Positions 1-12,976 of a DNA stretch of 64,000 nt are shown here, piece after piece. Each line of letters starts with the position of its first letter. Position 1 is the stretch's first letter. Origin of the DNA: Prorocentrum cordatum (Eukaryota); the NCBI GenBank assembly GCA_963575745.1, contig CAUYUJ010000015.1, positions 558,001 through 622,000 of the forward strand, in the 5' to 3' direction. A program made the position numbers and the translations under genes. Below the pieces are notes generated by a model, which was not told where the DNA came from, did not search any database, and worked only from the letters and a program-made list of their open reading frames with translations.

Positions 1-363
1 CACAAGACATTCTCGCAACTCTGAGCTCTCAGATGCTGCGCAAGAGGTGGTCCAGCCTGGGGGCCCAGAAGACCACATCTTACATATCCTCCCTGGGACC
101 CTGGGAGCCCCAGGAGGCCCCAGGGAGCTTCAGGAAGCCGCAGGACGCCCAGGACAGGCCCCAGGGGTCCGCAGGAGATTCCCAGGAGGCTCCCAGTAGG
201 CCCCAGGAGGCCCCCTATCAGAACGTGTCAACTTAATACACATCTGGTGTCGGTTCGCTGATTTTTCCCAACCCTCCTTGTGTTGGATACTCGTTTTGAA
301 TAGAGCACTGTGGTATCCACCTCCCGCCCTCTCCTCCTTCTTCTCTCCTGTGTTCGCGGTGCC

Positions 364-983
364 CTGCGGGGCTGCGATCTGCGCAACTGTCGCCACTTTC
401 GTGGGCTCCTGGGAGGCCCAGCGGAGGTACGTCCTACGCAGATCACTTTGAGGCCTCCCTGTCCCCTGCGGCGCTGCGATCTGCGCAACTGTCGCCACTT
501 TCGTGGGTTCCTGGGAGGCCCAGCGGAGGTACGTCCTACGCAGATCACTTTGAAGCCTCCCTGTCCCCTGCGGGGCTGCGACCTGCGCAATTGTCACCAC
601 TTTCGTGGGTTCCTGGGAGGCCCAGCGGAGGTACGTCCTACGCAGATCACTTTGAGGCCTCCCTGTCCCCCTGCGGGGCTGCGATCTGCGCAAGTGTCGC
701 CACTTTCGTGGGTTCCTGGGAGGCCCAGCGGAGGTACGTCCTACGCAGATCACTTCGAGGCCTCCCTGTCCCCTGGCGGGGCTGCGATCTGCGCAAGTGT
801 CGCCACTTTCGTGGGTTCCTGGGAGGCCCAGCGGAGGTACGTCCTACGCAGATCACATTGAGGGCTCCCTGTCCCCTTGCGGGGCTGCGACCTGCGCAAC
901 TGTCGCCACGTTCGTGGGTTCCTGGGAGGCCCAGCGGAGGTACGTCTTACGCAGACCACTTTGAGGACTCCTTGTCCCCTTGC
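364..983. repeat. Tandem array, ~102-103-bp unit, ~6 copies (partial unit resumes at ~1950-1989)
   Basis: Unit ctgcggggctgcgatctgcgcaactgtcgccactttcgtggg...gtacgtcctacgcagatcactttgaggcctccctgtccc repeats head to tail. Confidence 0.9.
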
Positions 984-1941
984 CGCACCTGGCGCGCACC
1001 TGACGCACCTGGCGCACCTGGCGCACACCTGGCGCGCACCTGGCGCGCACATGGCGCGCACCTGGCGCACCTGGCGCGCTGGGCGCACCTGACGCACCTG
1101 CCGCACCTGCCGCACCTGCCGCACCTGGCGCACACCTGGCACACCTGGTGCATCTGGAGCACCTGGCGCACCTGGCGCGCTGGGCGCACCTGGCGCACCT
1201 GCTACACCTAGAGCAGACCTGGCGCGCCTGTCGCACCTGGCGCACCTGGCGCACCTGGCGCACCTGTCGCATCTGGCGCACATGGCGCACCTGGTTCGCT
1301 TGGCGCGCCTGGCGCAACTGGCGCACCTGGCACACCTGGCGCAACTGGCGCACCTGGCGCACATGGCGCGCACCTGGCGCACACCTGGCGCACACCTGGC
1401 GCACACCTGGCGCACCTGGCGCGCGCCTGGCGCGCACCTGGCGCGCACCTGACGCGCTGGGCGCACCTGGTGCACCTGGCGCGCTGGGAGCACCTGGCGC
1501 GCACCTGGTGCACCTGGCGCGCTGGGCGCACCTGACGCACCTGGCGCACCTGGCGCAAACATGGCGCACCTGGCGCACACCTGGCGCACACCTGGCGCGC
1601 TAGGCGCACCTGGCGCACACCTGGCGCACACCTGGCGCACCTGGCGCACTTGGCGCGCTGGGCGCACCTTGCGCACCTGGCGCGCCTGGCGCCACTGGCG
1701 CACCTGGCGCACCTGGCGCGCCTGGCGCGCCTGGCGCACCTGGCGTACCTGGCGCACACCTGGCGCACATTTGGCGCACCTGGCGCGCCTGGCGCATCTG
1801 GCGCACCTGGCGCGCCTGGCGCGCCTGGCGCACCTGGCGCACCTGGCGCACCTGGCGCACCTGGCGCACCTGGCGCACCTGGCGCACCTGGCGCACCTGG
1901 CGCACCTGGCGCGCCTGGCGCGCTTGGCTCACCTGGCGCGC
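984..1941. repeat. Minisatellite of 9-bp (CCTGGCGCA) and 11-bp variant units
   Basis: Direct inspection; explains the spurious GAP/AHL/RTW-repeat ORFs. Confidence 0.95.
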
Positions 1942-3706
1942 ATGGGCTTTGGGGAGGCTCAGCGGAGGTACGTCCTACGCAGATCACCACTATACCATGG
2001 CGCAGAAATGTCCTTCGGTATTGAGTGGTCCTGAATGCAATTTCCACTTGTGTAGAAAGGGTTGGGTACGTCGCAGGATAATTCCTGCTCTTGTGCCCCC
2101 CCCATTTGGGGGGGGCCCGACGGCCACATGTTAGATATCCCCCCCTGGGAGCCCCAAGAGGCTTCAGGAAGCCCCAGGTGGGGTCCAGGAGGCCACAGGA
2201 GGCCCGGGAGGAAGCTCCAGGAGGTCACCACGAGGTCCCAGGAGGCCCCAGGAGGCCCCCGCAACTCGGAACTCTGAGACGCCGCGCTCGAGGTGGTCTG
2301 GCCCGTTTCGCCTGGGACTTCCTCGCAGCACATTTCGCCCGAGACATCGTCGCAACTCTGGGATCAGAAATGCCGCTCGCGAGGTGGTCCAGCCCGTTAC
2401 GCTGGAGACATCCTCGCAACTCTGGGCTCCGAGATGCCCTGCGCGAGGTGGTCCGGCCCATCTCGCCTGAGACATCCTCGCAACTCTGAGCTTTGAGATG
2501 CCGTGCGCAAGGTGGTCCGGCCCGTTTCGCACAAGACATTCTCGCAACTCTGAGCTCTCAGATGCTGCGCAAGAGGTGGTCCAGCCTGGAGCCCAGAAGA
2601 CCACATGTTACTAATCCCCCCTGGGAGCCCCAGGAGGCCCCAGAGAGCTTCAGGAGGCCGCAGGACGCCCAGGACAGGCCCCAGGGGTCCGCAGGAGATT
2701 CCCAGGAGGCTCCTAGGAGGCCCCAGGAGGCCCCCTATCAGAACGTGTCAAGTTAATACAAATCCGGTGTCGATTCGTTGATTGTTCCTGCTCTTGTGCC
2801 CCCCCCCCCTCCATTTTGGGGGGCCCCGACTGCCACATGTTAGATATCCCCCCCTGGGAGCCCCAAGAGGCTTCAGGAAGCCCCAGGCGGGGTCCAGGAG
2901 GCCACAGGAGGCCCAGGAGGAAGCCCCAGGAGGTCACCAGGAGGTCCCAGGAGGCCCCAGGAGGCCCCCGCAACTCGGAGCTCTGAGACGCCGCGCTCGA
3001 GGTGGTCCGGCCCGTTTCGCCTGAGACTTCCTCGCAGCACGTTTCGCCCGAGACATCGTCGCAACTCTGGGGTCCGAGATGCCGCGCGCGAGGTGGTCCA
3101 GCCCGTTACGCTGGAGACATCCTCGCAACTCTGGGCTCCGAGATGCCGTTCGGGATGAAGAGGAAAGTGGAGGAGGAGGAGGAGGAGGAGGAGGAGGAGG
3201 AGGCATGTTTTAACATGCCATGCCAGCCCGCACTGGACGGGCACGCAATCGACCTTGGAAACTGCGGTGGGTCTAAAACCCTGTTTGGGGATACTGCACT
3301 CCGGCTATAATATTAAACAAAGGAACTTGCACATTGAAGTCATCACGCTGCTGCATGTAAGTCTGTAGTATTGCAACACCCATGCGGCCGCGATTGCGAT
3401 GACCACTTGGCGCTGGCCAGCGCGCCTCTACAGCTGCACTAGCGCGCGCGAGCTCGCGCACGAAGCGGCGAGCTGGTTTGGCACAACCGACGCGGCCGCG
3501 ATGACGTTTACCGATGGGAGCATCCCCGCGCGTCTCAAAGACCGCGCTTGCGCGCGGGTACTTCAATGCGGGTCGGTGGCTCGGGTGGGCACAGTGTCAG
3601 GATGAGGTCGACAACGGCGGCAACGATGATGATATAGCGATTGTGGTGGCGACGATGACGATGACGGCAAGGCCAGAGACGGCGCCAAGATTGGTGACGA
3701 CGACGG

Positions 3707-3783
<77 letters not shown>
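3707..3783. repeat. (ATG)n microsatellite
   Basis: Direct inspection. Confidence 0.95.
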
Positions 3784-4512
3784 GCGAGGGCGAGGGTGAT
3801 GGTGATGGTGATGATGATGATGCCCTGTGTCCGTGATGAAAACGGTTGACGGGTGGTGGCGGCAACGGCGGAGATTGGCGATGACGATAAGGGTGGTAAT
3901 ACGGTGGCGCTGGCAACGGTAATGTTGAGGAAGCGCGCGCGCGGAAATGCAAGAAGTTTGGTCGACCTGGTGAAGAACATGTGGTTGCCCATGTGTGTTT
4001 GACGAGTTCAGTTTTAACGCGTTTCGAGACTCAATGGTTTTGGAAGGTTTTCGGCGCGCGCGTGGTGGCGCGGATGTGTGGCCCGCATGGTGTTATGTGA
4101 TACGTGTTCGTGAACTGGACACATGCTAAATCAATGCGGGTACACTGCGTGGTGAGATGATACTGCGGGTTCCAAACGAGATTGTTACTAAAACCTTCTT
4201 GTGTGCAAATGCTATCAGCAAATGCGCGCGGAGAAAAAATGTCAATGCTGTTGATGGGAAGCCAAAGGGTGTATATGTCCAAATGTTGAAGCCTTCGCAG
4301 AACGAGTGTGTTTGGTATGGCGTATGTGCGCGCGCGTGGATTTTGCGCAATGCTTCGCGATGGAGACTTGAAGTACACCCGAGAAAACCAATCAATGGAT
4401 GTTTGAATTGTTCGCAGGTGTCTCAATCGGCCTTCCTCCCGCCCTAGTTTCATTCGAATGTACGTTCTACCCCATGATAGTTCTTATTTGTTCCTCTATA
4501 TGTATATGGATG

Positions 4513-4568
<56 letters not shown>

Positions 4569-4639
4569 ATCTCTATCTATATATATATAGATATATATAT
4601 ATCTCTCTATTTCTCTATCTCTCTCTCTCTCTCTCTTTT

Positions 4640-4697
<58 letters not shown>

Positions 4698-4698
4698 C

Positions 4699-4729
<31 letters not shown>

Positions 4730-4745
4730 CATATGTATGTATGTA
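4513..4745. repeat. (CT)n/(AT)n compound microsatellite
   Basis: Direct inspection. Confidence 0.95.
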
Positions 4746-5169
4746 ACACTCCCTATACTCCCTGTGCGTAGGTATACATACATTAGACATACATACATAC
4801 ATGCACGCATGATTTCTTTATTCCTCTCTCTGTCTCTCCCTCTCTCGATATATCGGGGGATTGGGGGGTCAGATCGCAGTGAAACGGACCCCCCCACTGG
4901 GATATCGATTTCGGATTCACGTTCGTGTCGAGCGTGCAGGCGAGGCGAAGCTGCGAGGGCGGGCGAGACGAATGAACCCGCTGCTGCCAGGGCGAAGCCG
5001 AATCAAACGTTGTTGTCCCCCGGGTTGGCCAGCAGAGGCCTTGTCGTGTCCCGTTGGTGTCCCGACGGTGTCCCGAGGGTGTCCCGATGGTATCCCGTGG
5101 TGTCTTGTGGTGTCCCGTGGCGCGGGGATGTCCCGTGCTATGCTATATGCTATGATACGTTGCATTAGC

Positions 5170-5650
5170 GATAGTGAACAAGATAGTGCGATCAGTAGTG
5201 GAAATCGATAGTGAAATCGATAAAAAGATTGGTAGTGAGGTCGTTTGAGTGAGATCGATATTGATATTGATTGAGTGGGATCGATGGTGAAGTCGAACGT
5301 GAGATCGATCGTGTGTTTTATTGTGGGATATATAGTGAGATCGAGTGAGCGAGATCGAAATCAGATCGATAGTGAGATCGACAGAGATATCAAGAGTGAT
5401 ATCGATATTGAAATCCATTGAGTGGCATCGATCGTGATATCGGTAGTGACATCGTAGATGATATCTATATTGGGGTCGATAGTGAGAGCGACCGTGAGAT
5501 CGATCGTGAGATCGATGGTGTGATCGATTGTGATATCAATAGCTTAATCGACAGCGTGATCGATAGTGAGATCGATCGTCAGATCAAGAGCGAGATCGAG
5601 AGTGGGATCGATTGAATGAGATGGATTGTGACATCGATAGTGATATCGAC
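5170..5650. repeat. Degenerate GATCGAT/GATAGT-rich low-complexity satellite
   Basis: Dense recurrence of gagatcgat and gatagtga words. Confidence 0.7.
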
Positions 5651-6653
5651 CGGGAACCCAGGAACCCGGGAACCAAAAATTGGAACCCCGGGAACCCCGC
5701 CGCCCACCGAAATCGGCCCTGAACCAGCAAATGGGAACGAGGGAACCGGGCAACCTGGAAGCGGGAACTTGGGAACTTGGCCGCCCACCGAAATCGTCCG
5801 GGACCCCTTCAGTGCAAGCACTGATTGGGGAAAATGGCTTTTTGTGATAAATGAGCGCGCGCATAAAACATCTAGTATGTTTGACAGAGATGTGTGGGGG
5901 GATCGATACTGTTTGGACTGGGATGCGATATTTTCATACGGATAATGCGCGACTTGGCAGAATCACACGTCAATTGCAATACGAATAAAGGGCTCCGTTA
6001 ACCCTGGGGGGGAGGGGGGAGGGTGGTAGAGTCTATTCCTTGTTGAAAGGAGAACCCAGGCTGCGGAACCGATGCGGCGCAAGCAATTTGGCGCGCGGGC
6101 CACGCGGCGCAGGCTGTGGCGGGCAGGTTGTGGGGGCTGGCGGCGGACGCCCACTGGCCGAGGCCCAAGCAGACCTGGCCAGCACACGAGGCGTCGATAG
6201 GCGGGCACCAGGCGAGAGCCCAGGAGCCCTTGGCGGCGACGAGGCGGCGACGGACGGGCGACGGGCGAAAAAACCCGGGCAGACCCAGCCAGTCCCCGAG
6301 ACGGCCATGGGCGGACTTCGGCAAGCCCAGCCGGTTGCGTCGGGAAAGGAGCAGTGCGGATTGTTCGAAGAGTCGAAGTTATAATCGAAACATGTTTGTC
6401 TTGGCGGGACGGGCGCGTCGCAGCCGCTTCGCATCACTTGTGGGAGTAGCCTCGGTCTCTTGTGGCGGCTGGCGAAATCTGGACAGCGATGATAGGGGGG
6501 AGGACAACGACGAGTGGATAGAGTATCGTGGATCAAGAGTTCTGGACTTGTTCAGCAATTTCTGGGTTCCTGGAGGTTTCGGAAGCCTCCACTGGCCTCT
6601 GGAGGCATTCCGGGACCTTTGAGGACCCCTGGACATTTCCGTGAACCTTCGAT

Positions 6654-6756
6654 AGAGGAGGAGGAGGAGGAGGAGGAGGAGGAGGAGGAGGAGGAGGAGG
6701 AGGAGGAGGAAGAGGAGGAGGAGGAGGAGGACGAGGAGGACGAGGAGGACGAGGAG
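6654..6756. repeat. (GAG)n microsatellite
   Basis: Direct inspection. Confidence 0.95.
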
Positions 6757-7298
6757 AAAGGAGGAACAGCAATGGCAGCTCGAGCAAGCCTTATCGTAAC
6801 CCCTCTTTTTCTTTTCTGGCAGTGGGCGGCGGCGCCTCCGACGCCGCGAATGTTTCAATGCCGACGTTTTTCCTGGAGTCCGGCTTTCTGGGGCCGTCGT
6901 CGGGCTCAGAGCCACTAGGAAAGTCGGGTGTTGCCAGAAGTGCCCCTGGGCGGCCTAAGGTGCCCCCAGGATTTCCAGAGGGACCCCCGCGGCCTCCAGA
7001 GCACCCGTCACGAGGCCCAGAGGACCCCATGGGCTTCATCATTAAGCGAAAAGCTGAAGGCACCTTGGGCCAGGAGTACCTTTGGCAACCCCCGAGAAGG
7101 GGTCGAGGACCCTGGGGGCCGCGTACTGAAACAAGTACGGCGCTGGAAGTTTGGGCTCAAAATGGTCATAGGAAAGAACTGGGCTCAACGGTTGAAGGCT
7201 TGGACTCTATGCAAATGCATCTATACATACCTACATGCAGAAAATTCAGGTATACGTATATCCATACATACATATACAATTACGTTTACACTTACAAT

Positions 7299-7344
<46 letters not shown>

Positions 7345-7447
7345 TACATATATACATACATATACATATACAGCTACAGCTACAGCTACAGCTACAGCTA
7401 CATCTACATCTACATCTGCATATACATATACATATACATATACATAT
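7299..7447. repeat. (TA)n/(TACATA)n/(TACAGC)n compound microsatellite
   Basis: Direct inspection. Confidence 0.9.
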
Positions 7448-7506
7448 GCCATGCCCCCATGAGAATGGATGGAGGGAGTGCGCGGGATTTTGATTGGCCG
7501 CACGGC

Positions 7507-7527
7507 TCCGTAGCTGCTTGGCTCGAG
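7507..7527 (+). other. Degenerate dinoflagellate spliced-leader-like relic near the DIRS 5' end
   Basis: TCCGTAGCTGCTTGGCTCGAG versus DinoSL DCCGTAGCCATTTTGGCTCAAG. Confidence 0.5.
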
Positions 7528-7632
7528 CACATTGTGGTTCTACTTTGTTGCGCGCCACCCTGGGGCGCGCATCCCAGCCTTTTCATTTCCTCAGCGCCCC
7601 TGCAGGGGCTTCATCGGCAGCCGGAGGGGCAG

Positions 7633-9110
7633 CATGGCCTTCCGGCGACCAGCGGCAGCTCCAGCTGCGGCTGCTCGGCGCCCGGCCGCAGCTCCAGCCC
7701 CCCGCAGAGGCGGCAAGGGCGGGGATCGGCAGCGGCGCCGCTCGCGAACCCGGGCGCCCGCGGCGGCTCCACCCCCGCCAGAGGACGGAGGAGGAGGGGG
7801 CCGCCGTCGCGGCGACCGCGCCAGCGATGCAGGCGACCCCAGCCGCGTGGGTGCCCACGACATCGTGGAGGTCGAGGCTTTCAAGGGCCGCCCACCGAGG
7901 ACGGGCGGGGCGGCCCTGGGGAACCTCGCGTTCTGCTTGGTCCCACCGGGGACGGGCGCGAAGGACTGCCCGGAGCCTAACGACCAGGGCTTCTTCAGGC
8001 AGGGGTATTTCCTGGGGTCCGAGAACAAGGACATCGACGGCAAGGTCGAGGAGGACTTCGCCGGGCTCCACGGCATCAACTCCGACAATGGGGCGGTGCT
8101 CCATTTCTGCGCAGGCGGCCATGCGGCCAGCTGCGACGAGAGGTGGGGCCGCCACAGGGTCTACCACGTGCGCAGGTGGAGGTCCAGGTTCGAGACGCGC
8201 TCCGACCACGTCTACTTCGACATGCCCGAGGCCCTCGGGCTCCCAGACGCGGGTGGCACGGCCACCCCGCGGGACGATGGCAGAGAGGCCGGCCGCCCGA
8301 CGCCGCTGCCCCCTTCTTTGGAGCCCCCGCCGGAAGACAGCCGAGGCGGCGCCGCAGGAAGGAAGAGTGCCCACGGGGCGCCCCTCTTCGAGGACGAACG
8401 GCCGGCCTCCATGGGTCGCGGCCGCGCCGACGACGACGGCGACGACCGCTACGAGCGGCGGGCGCCAGAGCTCCGGCGCAAGCTAGAGGCCGCGAAGCGT
8501 CGTCTCGCCGGCGAGGATCGCGGGCCAGCGGCTGGGGCGGAAGGCCACGAGGGTCGCCCCCAGAAGCGCTTGCGAGTATCGTTCGTGGACGGTCTCTACC
8601 AGCGTGCGGCGGATCGCCACGCCTCCGGGGTGGACGCGGCGCGGCCGTACACAGAGAAGGATACTTTGCTCCGCCGTGCCGCACGGCGCGGCCATGAGGA
8701 CGAGGACAAGGATTCTCCTTTGCCCCCCCCCCAGAGCGGAAGACCTGGCCGGGCTCGCGCGCCGTCATCCAGGTGCTCTTCTCGAGCGTGCTCTGCAGGA
8801 GATGCAGAGGTACCTCGCACCTCTGGGGGGGGCGGCCGGCGCCAGCGGCGAGGTCGGGAAGATCCAGCAGTATTTGGTGGGCGTATTTCACCAGCGGTAC
8901 ACTCCGTAGGCGACCGTGCTCCGGACATGCCGGGAGCTCCGCACGATCGCGGCGTGCCTCGACGGGCTCATGGACGGCAACTTCCCGCGCGTGGCCGACG
9001 TGCTCATTCAACGTTTCAAGGCGCTGGAGTGTTCAGTGGCCGACGGCAACTGGACCATCGCCCAGCACCTGGAGTTGACCCCAACTGTCCAGCGACCGGG
9101 AGCGGGCTGC
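7633..9110 (+). pseudogene. DIRS gag-like ORF, frameshifted
   Basis: Coding-like segments across several frames, ending in the helical block ELRTIAACLDGLMDGNFPRVADVLIQRFKALECSVADGNWTIAQHLEL; located upstream of RT. Confidence 0.55.
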
Positions 9111-10559
9111 GGCGACGCGGGCCGAGCTCGACAGGATCAAGCTCCAGGATGCGGCTTCGCGAACCCGCAACCGCACTCCCTGCTAGGGACTCGGCGGCGC
9201 CGCGGGGCCAGCTCCAGCCCCGGGCGCGCGCCTGACTCCCTGGGAGAGGAGCCCCCGAGCTGCGCGGGCAGCGCCGGAGGGAGCGAATCGGGCCATAGGG
9301 CCCCAAGGCGGCAACCGCCAGACGGCGCGCCGCCGCGCGCGCCGCGCCTTCGGGAGGGGCAGCGGCAGAGGTCGCGGAGCCCGCCCTGGACACGGTCAGC
9401 CCCGCGGCGGTCACGGCAGCAATCGCAGTCGCCTCAACGGGAGCGAGATGGGCGAGGGCATCGACGCCGTGGGCGGCGCGGCGAGCCCAGCAGAGCGCCG
9501 CCCTCTGCAGCCGGGGCGGGCCCACCTGGCCTCCCGCGACGAGGTGGATCGGCGGTCCCGGGAGCGTGCATCACCGGCCCCCGTCACTCCAGGCAGCCAG
9601 GGGGCGGTTGGGTCCGCGGGCCCCCCTCACCAGGCTCGGAGTCGGTCTCGACGGGAGGACCGATCGGGATCAGCGACCTCGAGTGCGATTCCGCGGCGTC
9701 CTCATCTGTCCGTGGACCTCCGGCCAGCGGCCGGCGCCGCCCCGTGGAAGGGGGCGCCCCTGCAAGAGAGGCAGGCTTTGCAGCGTGTCGCGGCCGGCGG
9801 CACGTGCGCAGGGCAGATCGGCGCGGCCATCCTCGCGGCCCTGGCTGCGCGCGACTCGCCCCTCAGCGATTGCGCGAGGCGCCACCTCACGGGCCAGCCA
9901 GGGCGGGGTGGGAAGCGGCAGCGGGATGCCCTTCCGCTCCCTGCCCCGAGGGGCGAGGCCGCAGTCGAGGCAGCGCTTGAGCGGCTTCTGCGCGCCAGCG
10001 GTGTCAAGGGGGGCAGGCAGGGGCGCCCCGAGAGGGGGCGGTTGGTCGCGATCGGAGCTTGGCAGATACTTTTGCATCGTCGCCCTGAACTGGATGCACA
10101 GCGCTGGTGGGAGGATCTGCGGGCTCGACTTACGCGGGCATAGACCCACGGTCGCTCAGCTCGCGCCCCTCGCCCACATTCGGGCCCAGTGCGAGGCCTT
10201 GGTGGACCGGGTCGACGAGGAGAGCGGCAGGGCATGCATCTCGCCCACGATCGTTTTTGGCTCCATGCTGGCCCAGAAGCGGCTGAGCTACGGAGGCGAC
10301 GAGGTCCCCCTCCCCGAGCCGCTCACTCTGACGGAGCTTCTCCACGGACCCCCTGCTCGCGGCGAGGCCGCCTCGGTCGACCCCCTCGCCATCGCGAGGG
10401 CGGAGGTCAGGGACGCTGCTTCACCCTGAGCGCGTTTGCGACCCAGACGGGGTCTGCACCGCACAGGCGGCGGCCAAGGTCCACGCCACCCCGCGCGAGT
10501 GGGCCTCCATCGTCGCAGAGCTTCTGGACCGCGGGGTGTTTGAGGAGACCCCCTACGAC

Positions 10560-11300
10560 AGCATCGCGCGGGTCGGCGGCCGGCCCCTCAACGGGGCGCT
10601 CGGGGCGGAGAAGGCGGGCGCCCCAATCCCGCCCGCCACTCGGGCTCCGGCCGATCATTAACATGGTCCCGAGCAACCGCGTGCAGAGGCCAATCGACGG
10701 CGACATCGGGTTGCTCCCCGTGGGCGGGGAGCACCACGTTACGCCCCTGGAGTATGGGGAGGCGCTTCTGTGGAGCAGCGACGACATCAAGGGCTGCTTC
10801 CACGTGTTCGCCCTCCGTCATGCTGGCGGCCTTGGATGGCCCTCTCGGAGCCCGTCGACCCCCTCACGCTCGGGCGGGCCGAGGGCCCCCCAGTTTGGGT
10901 GGCGGTTGCAGTCGTTCCGATGGGGTGGCTTTCTTCCGCGGGCATCGTCCAGCACTTGTCCGGGCAGATCGTCCTGGGCGGCGCGCTGGGACATAGGTCC
11001 CCCGCCGCCTCGGCCGAGCTCCGTCGCGGCGCAGCTTGCCCTCTCCAGCATCACCGCCCCCCCCTGGGCGCGGTGGAAGGTCTACGTGGACAACGTGGAC
11101 TTCGGGGAGGTTGTCAGCGAGGCCGCCGCCCGTGACCTCGTGGGCCAGGTTTCGGTCGAGCAGTCGGCGGCCCGCACTGCCCTCGACCGCTGGGGCATCC
11201 GGCGGAATAAGATTAAAGTCGTCGAGCGTTCGCCGATGGCCGTCAGCATGGGGTCTGGCGTTGATGGTCGCCTCGGTCGGGTCGCCCCCGCACTCCCAAA
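10560..11300 (+). pseudogene. DIRS-type reverse transcriptase, frameshifted
   Basis: LRPIINMVPSN, WSSDDIKGCFHVF, VVPMGWLSSAGIVQH and VYVDN (YxDD variant) occur in order across frames. Confidence 0.85.
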
Positions 11301-11688
11301 ATTGCCGCTGCACCTAGCCATCACATGCTGAGTGCTGTCGCGGGCGGATTGCGGCCCCCTTTGGGTGGCAGCGGCGACCGGCAGGTGGTGCTTCGATTTC
11401 GGCCACCAGCGGGCCGCGTTCGGCATCCTCGACGCGATCCGGAAGGAGATCGCCTCCTGGAAGGGCCGCCGGCCTGTCTCCAGGCGCGGGGGCGACGAGT
11501 TGTACATGGCCTGCGCCGTGGCCCTGCTCGTCTATACCGACCTCAGGGCCAAGCTGTTCCCTTGGCCGCTCGCCACAGACGCTTCCGAGTCTGGCGGTGG
11601 CACGTGCGTTGCCTGTGGCCTCACGGAGGCAGGGTGGGCTGCTGCGGCATCGGCTGCTGGCCCCCTGCCCTTCCTGGCCCCCGCCAGG

Positions 11689-12620
11689 CTCATCGCGTTC
11701 GAGTTCTTCGGATGCGCTGGGGGCTGGCGGCAAGCCCGCAAGCCCACGACCGCATTGGCGCCACAGTAGTCATCCGCGTCATCTGCGAGAAGGACCCGGC
11801 GGCGCGCGCTGTCTCTCGCCGGGCCTGGCATGGCGGGATCGAGTGGCCCGACATCACCTAGGTCACCCGCGAGATGGTCGCTGGTGTCGGGCGGGCGGCC
11901 CCTGGGGCGACTGGTATTTCGGTTTCGTGGAGCTTGCCCTTCCAGGATTTGTCCGAGCACAGGTCGGCATTGCTGTGGGAGATTCCCAGGTGGCGCGGCT
12001 GCTGGAGCTCGAATTCGGCAGTCTCCCTTGGCTCGACGTCGTCGAGAGCGTCGTCAGCATGACGGCCGAGTCGTGCACGCTGGTCTCCGAAGGGCTCGGC
12101 CGGCACCCTGCCTCCATCGATGCTGCGGGGATCTCGCGAGCTCGCCGCCCCAGGCTCATCTGGTGCAGCTACCCCGTTGGCGACGGGCGCAGGCGGCGCG
12201 CCTCGCCGCTCTTCGACGCCATCGAGCTTGAGGCGGAGGTGGAGCCCACGGAGATTTGGATGCTCCCTGATGGCTGCCGGGATTTGGGGTCGTCTGCGAG
12301 GCCCCCGGCATTCACCCGGGCCGCCCCCAGAATGGCGCCGCCCCCAGCCCCCGCGGGCCTGCGAGAGTGCAAGGCCCACGAGAGGGCGAGGTGGGCGGCG
12401 GACGAGTACCGCTTCTCCCCGTTCACCTACCAGGACGCCTGCACGTTGGCGTCGGCGGAGGGCGGCTGGCGCGTGCTGCAGGCGCCGGAGAGGGAAGTGC
12501 CCATAGGGATCTGGCCCGGGCACACAGAGCCCGCTCGGCCGAGCTCAGCGCGCGCCGACGACACCGCGTGGCGCGCCCTCCTTGGGGGCAGTCTTCACGT
12601 GGGCGTCGTCGCGTGGCTCC
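11689..12620 (+). pseudogene. C5 cytosine DNA methyltransferase domain of the DIRS element, frameshifted
   Basis: Motif I EFFGCAGG, II CEKDP, III PDIT, IV remnant GACP/QDLS, VI ESVVSM, VIII RRPRLIW, IX RE..IG..PGHT, X LLGGS. Confidence 0.8.
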
Positions 12621-12743
12621 TCGGGCAGGGCCTGCAGGCGGCGGGCCTCGTCGAAGCCCCGCCCACGGCCCCCGAGATCCAACGAGCCTTCTGCAAGGAA
12701 CTCGCTGCTCGAGCCCGCGGCGAAAGGCCTCGGACGGCGCCCC

Positions 12744-12976
12744 ACTTTAAGGGTAGCTCTTTGGGAGATGTTATAGAGGATCGGGAGTATAGCCCGCGCG
12801 CCGTTGCCTTCGGCTCAAGGCACGCACGCCCTGTTTGCCCGGACACTGCGAGTGTTCGCTATGTGCTGGAAAGATCATTACATCGATCTTATCCTATCTT
12901 ATCCGTCCACTCCCCATACCGAACCAACACAGCATGGCATTGGACGCTATTTGGTTTACCATAGTCATTTCAGATT
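12744..12976 (+). repeat. 5' LTR (233 bp)
   Basis: Aligns without gaps to 28610-28842; I count 10 substitutions, all transitions. Confidence 0.93.

Larger units (their letters stand above)
1..3148. repeat. Complex repeat region: 1-240 recurs at ~2530-2770 and ~2080-2440 recurs at ~2783-3148, built from ~80-bp subrepeats
   Basis: Near-identical blocks visible (e.g. cacaagacattctcgcaactctgagctctcagatgctgcgc at 1 and 2530); recurrent 'ctcgcaactctgggctccgagatgcc' subunit. Confidence 0.8.

Noticed and set aside
750..2047. Collagen-like (GAP)n and other long repetitive ORFs
   Set aside because: Translations of the 9-bp minisatellite, open in many frames on both strands.
12747..12972. Alternative LTR boundaries ending in ...TTTCA
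   Set aside because: Gives a mismatched 4-bp flank (CACT/GACT) and does not restore the DIRS frame, whereas the 233-bp boundaries do both.
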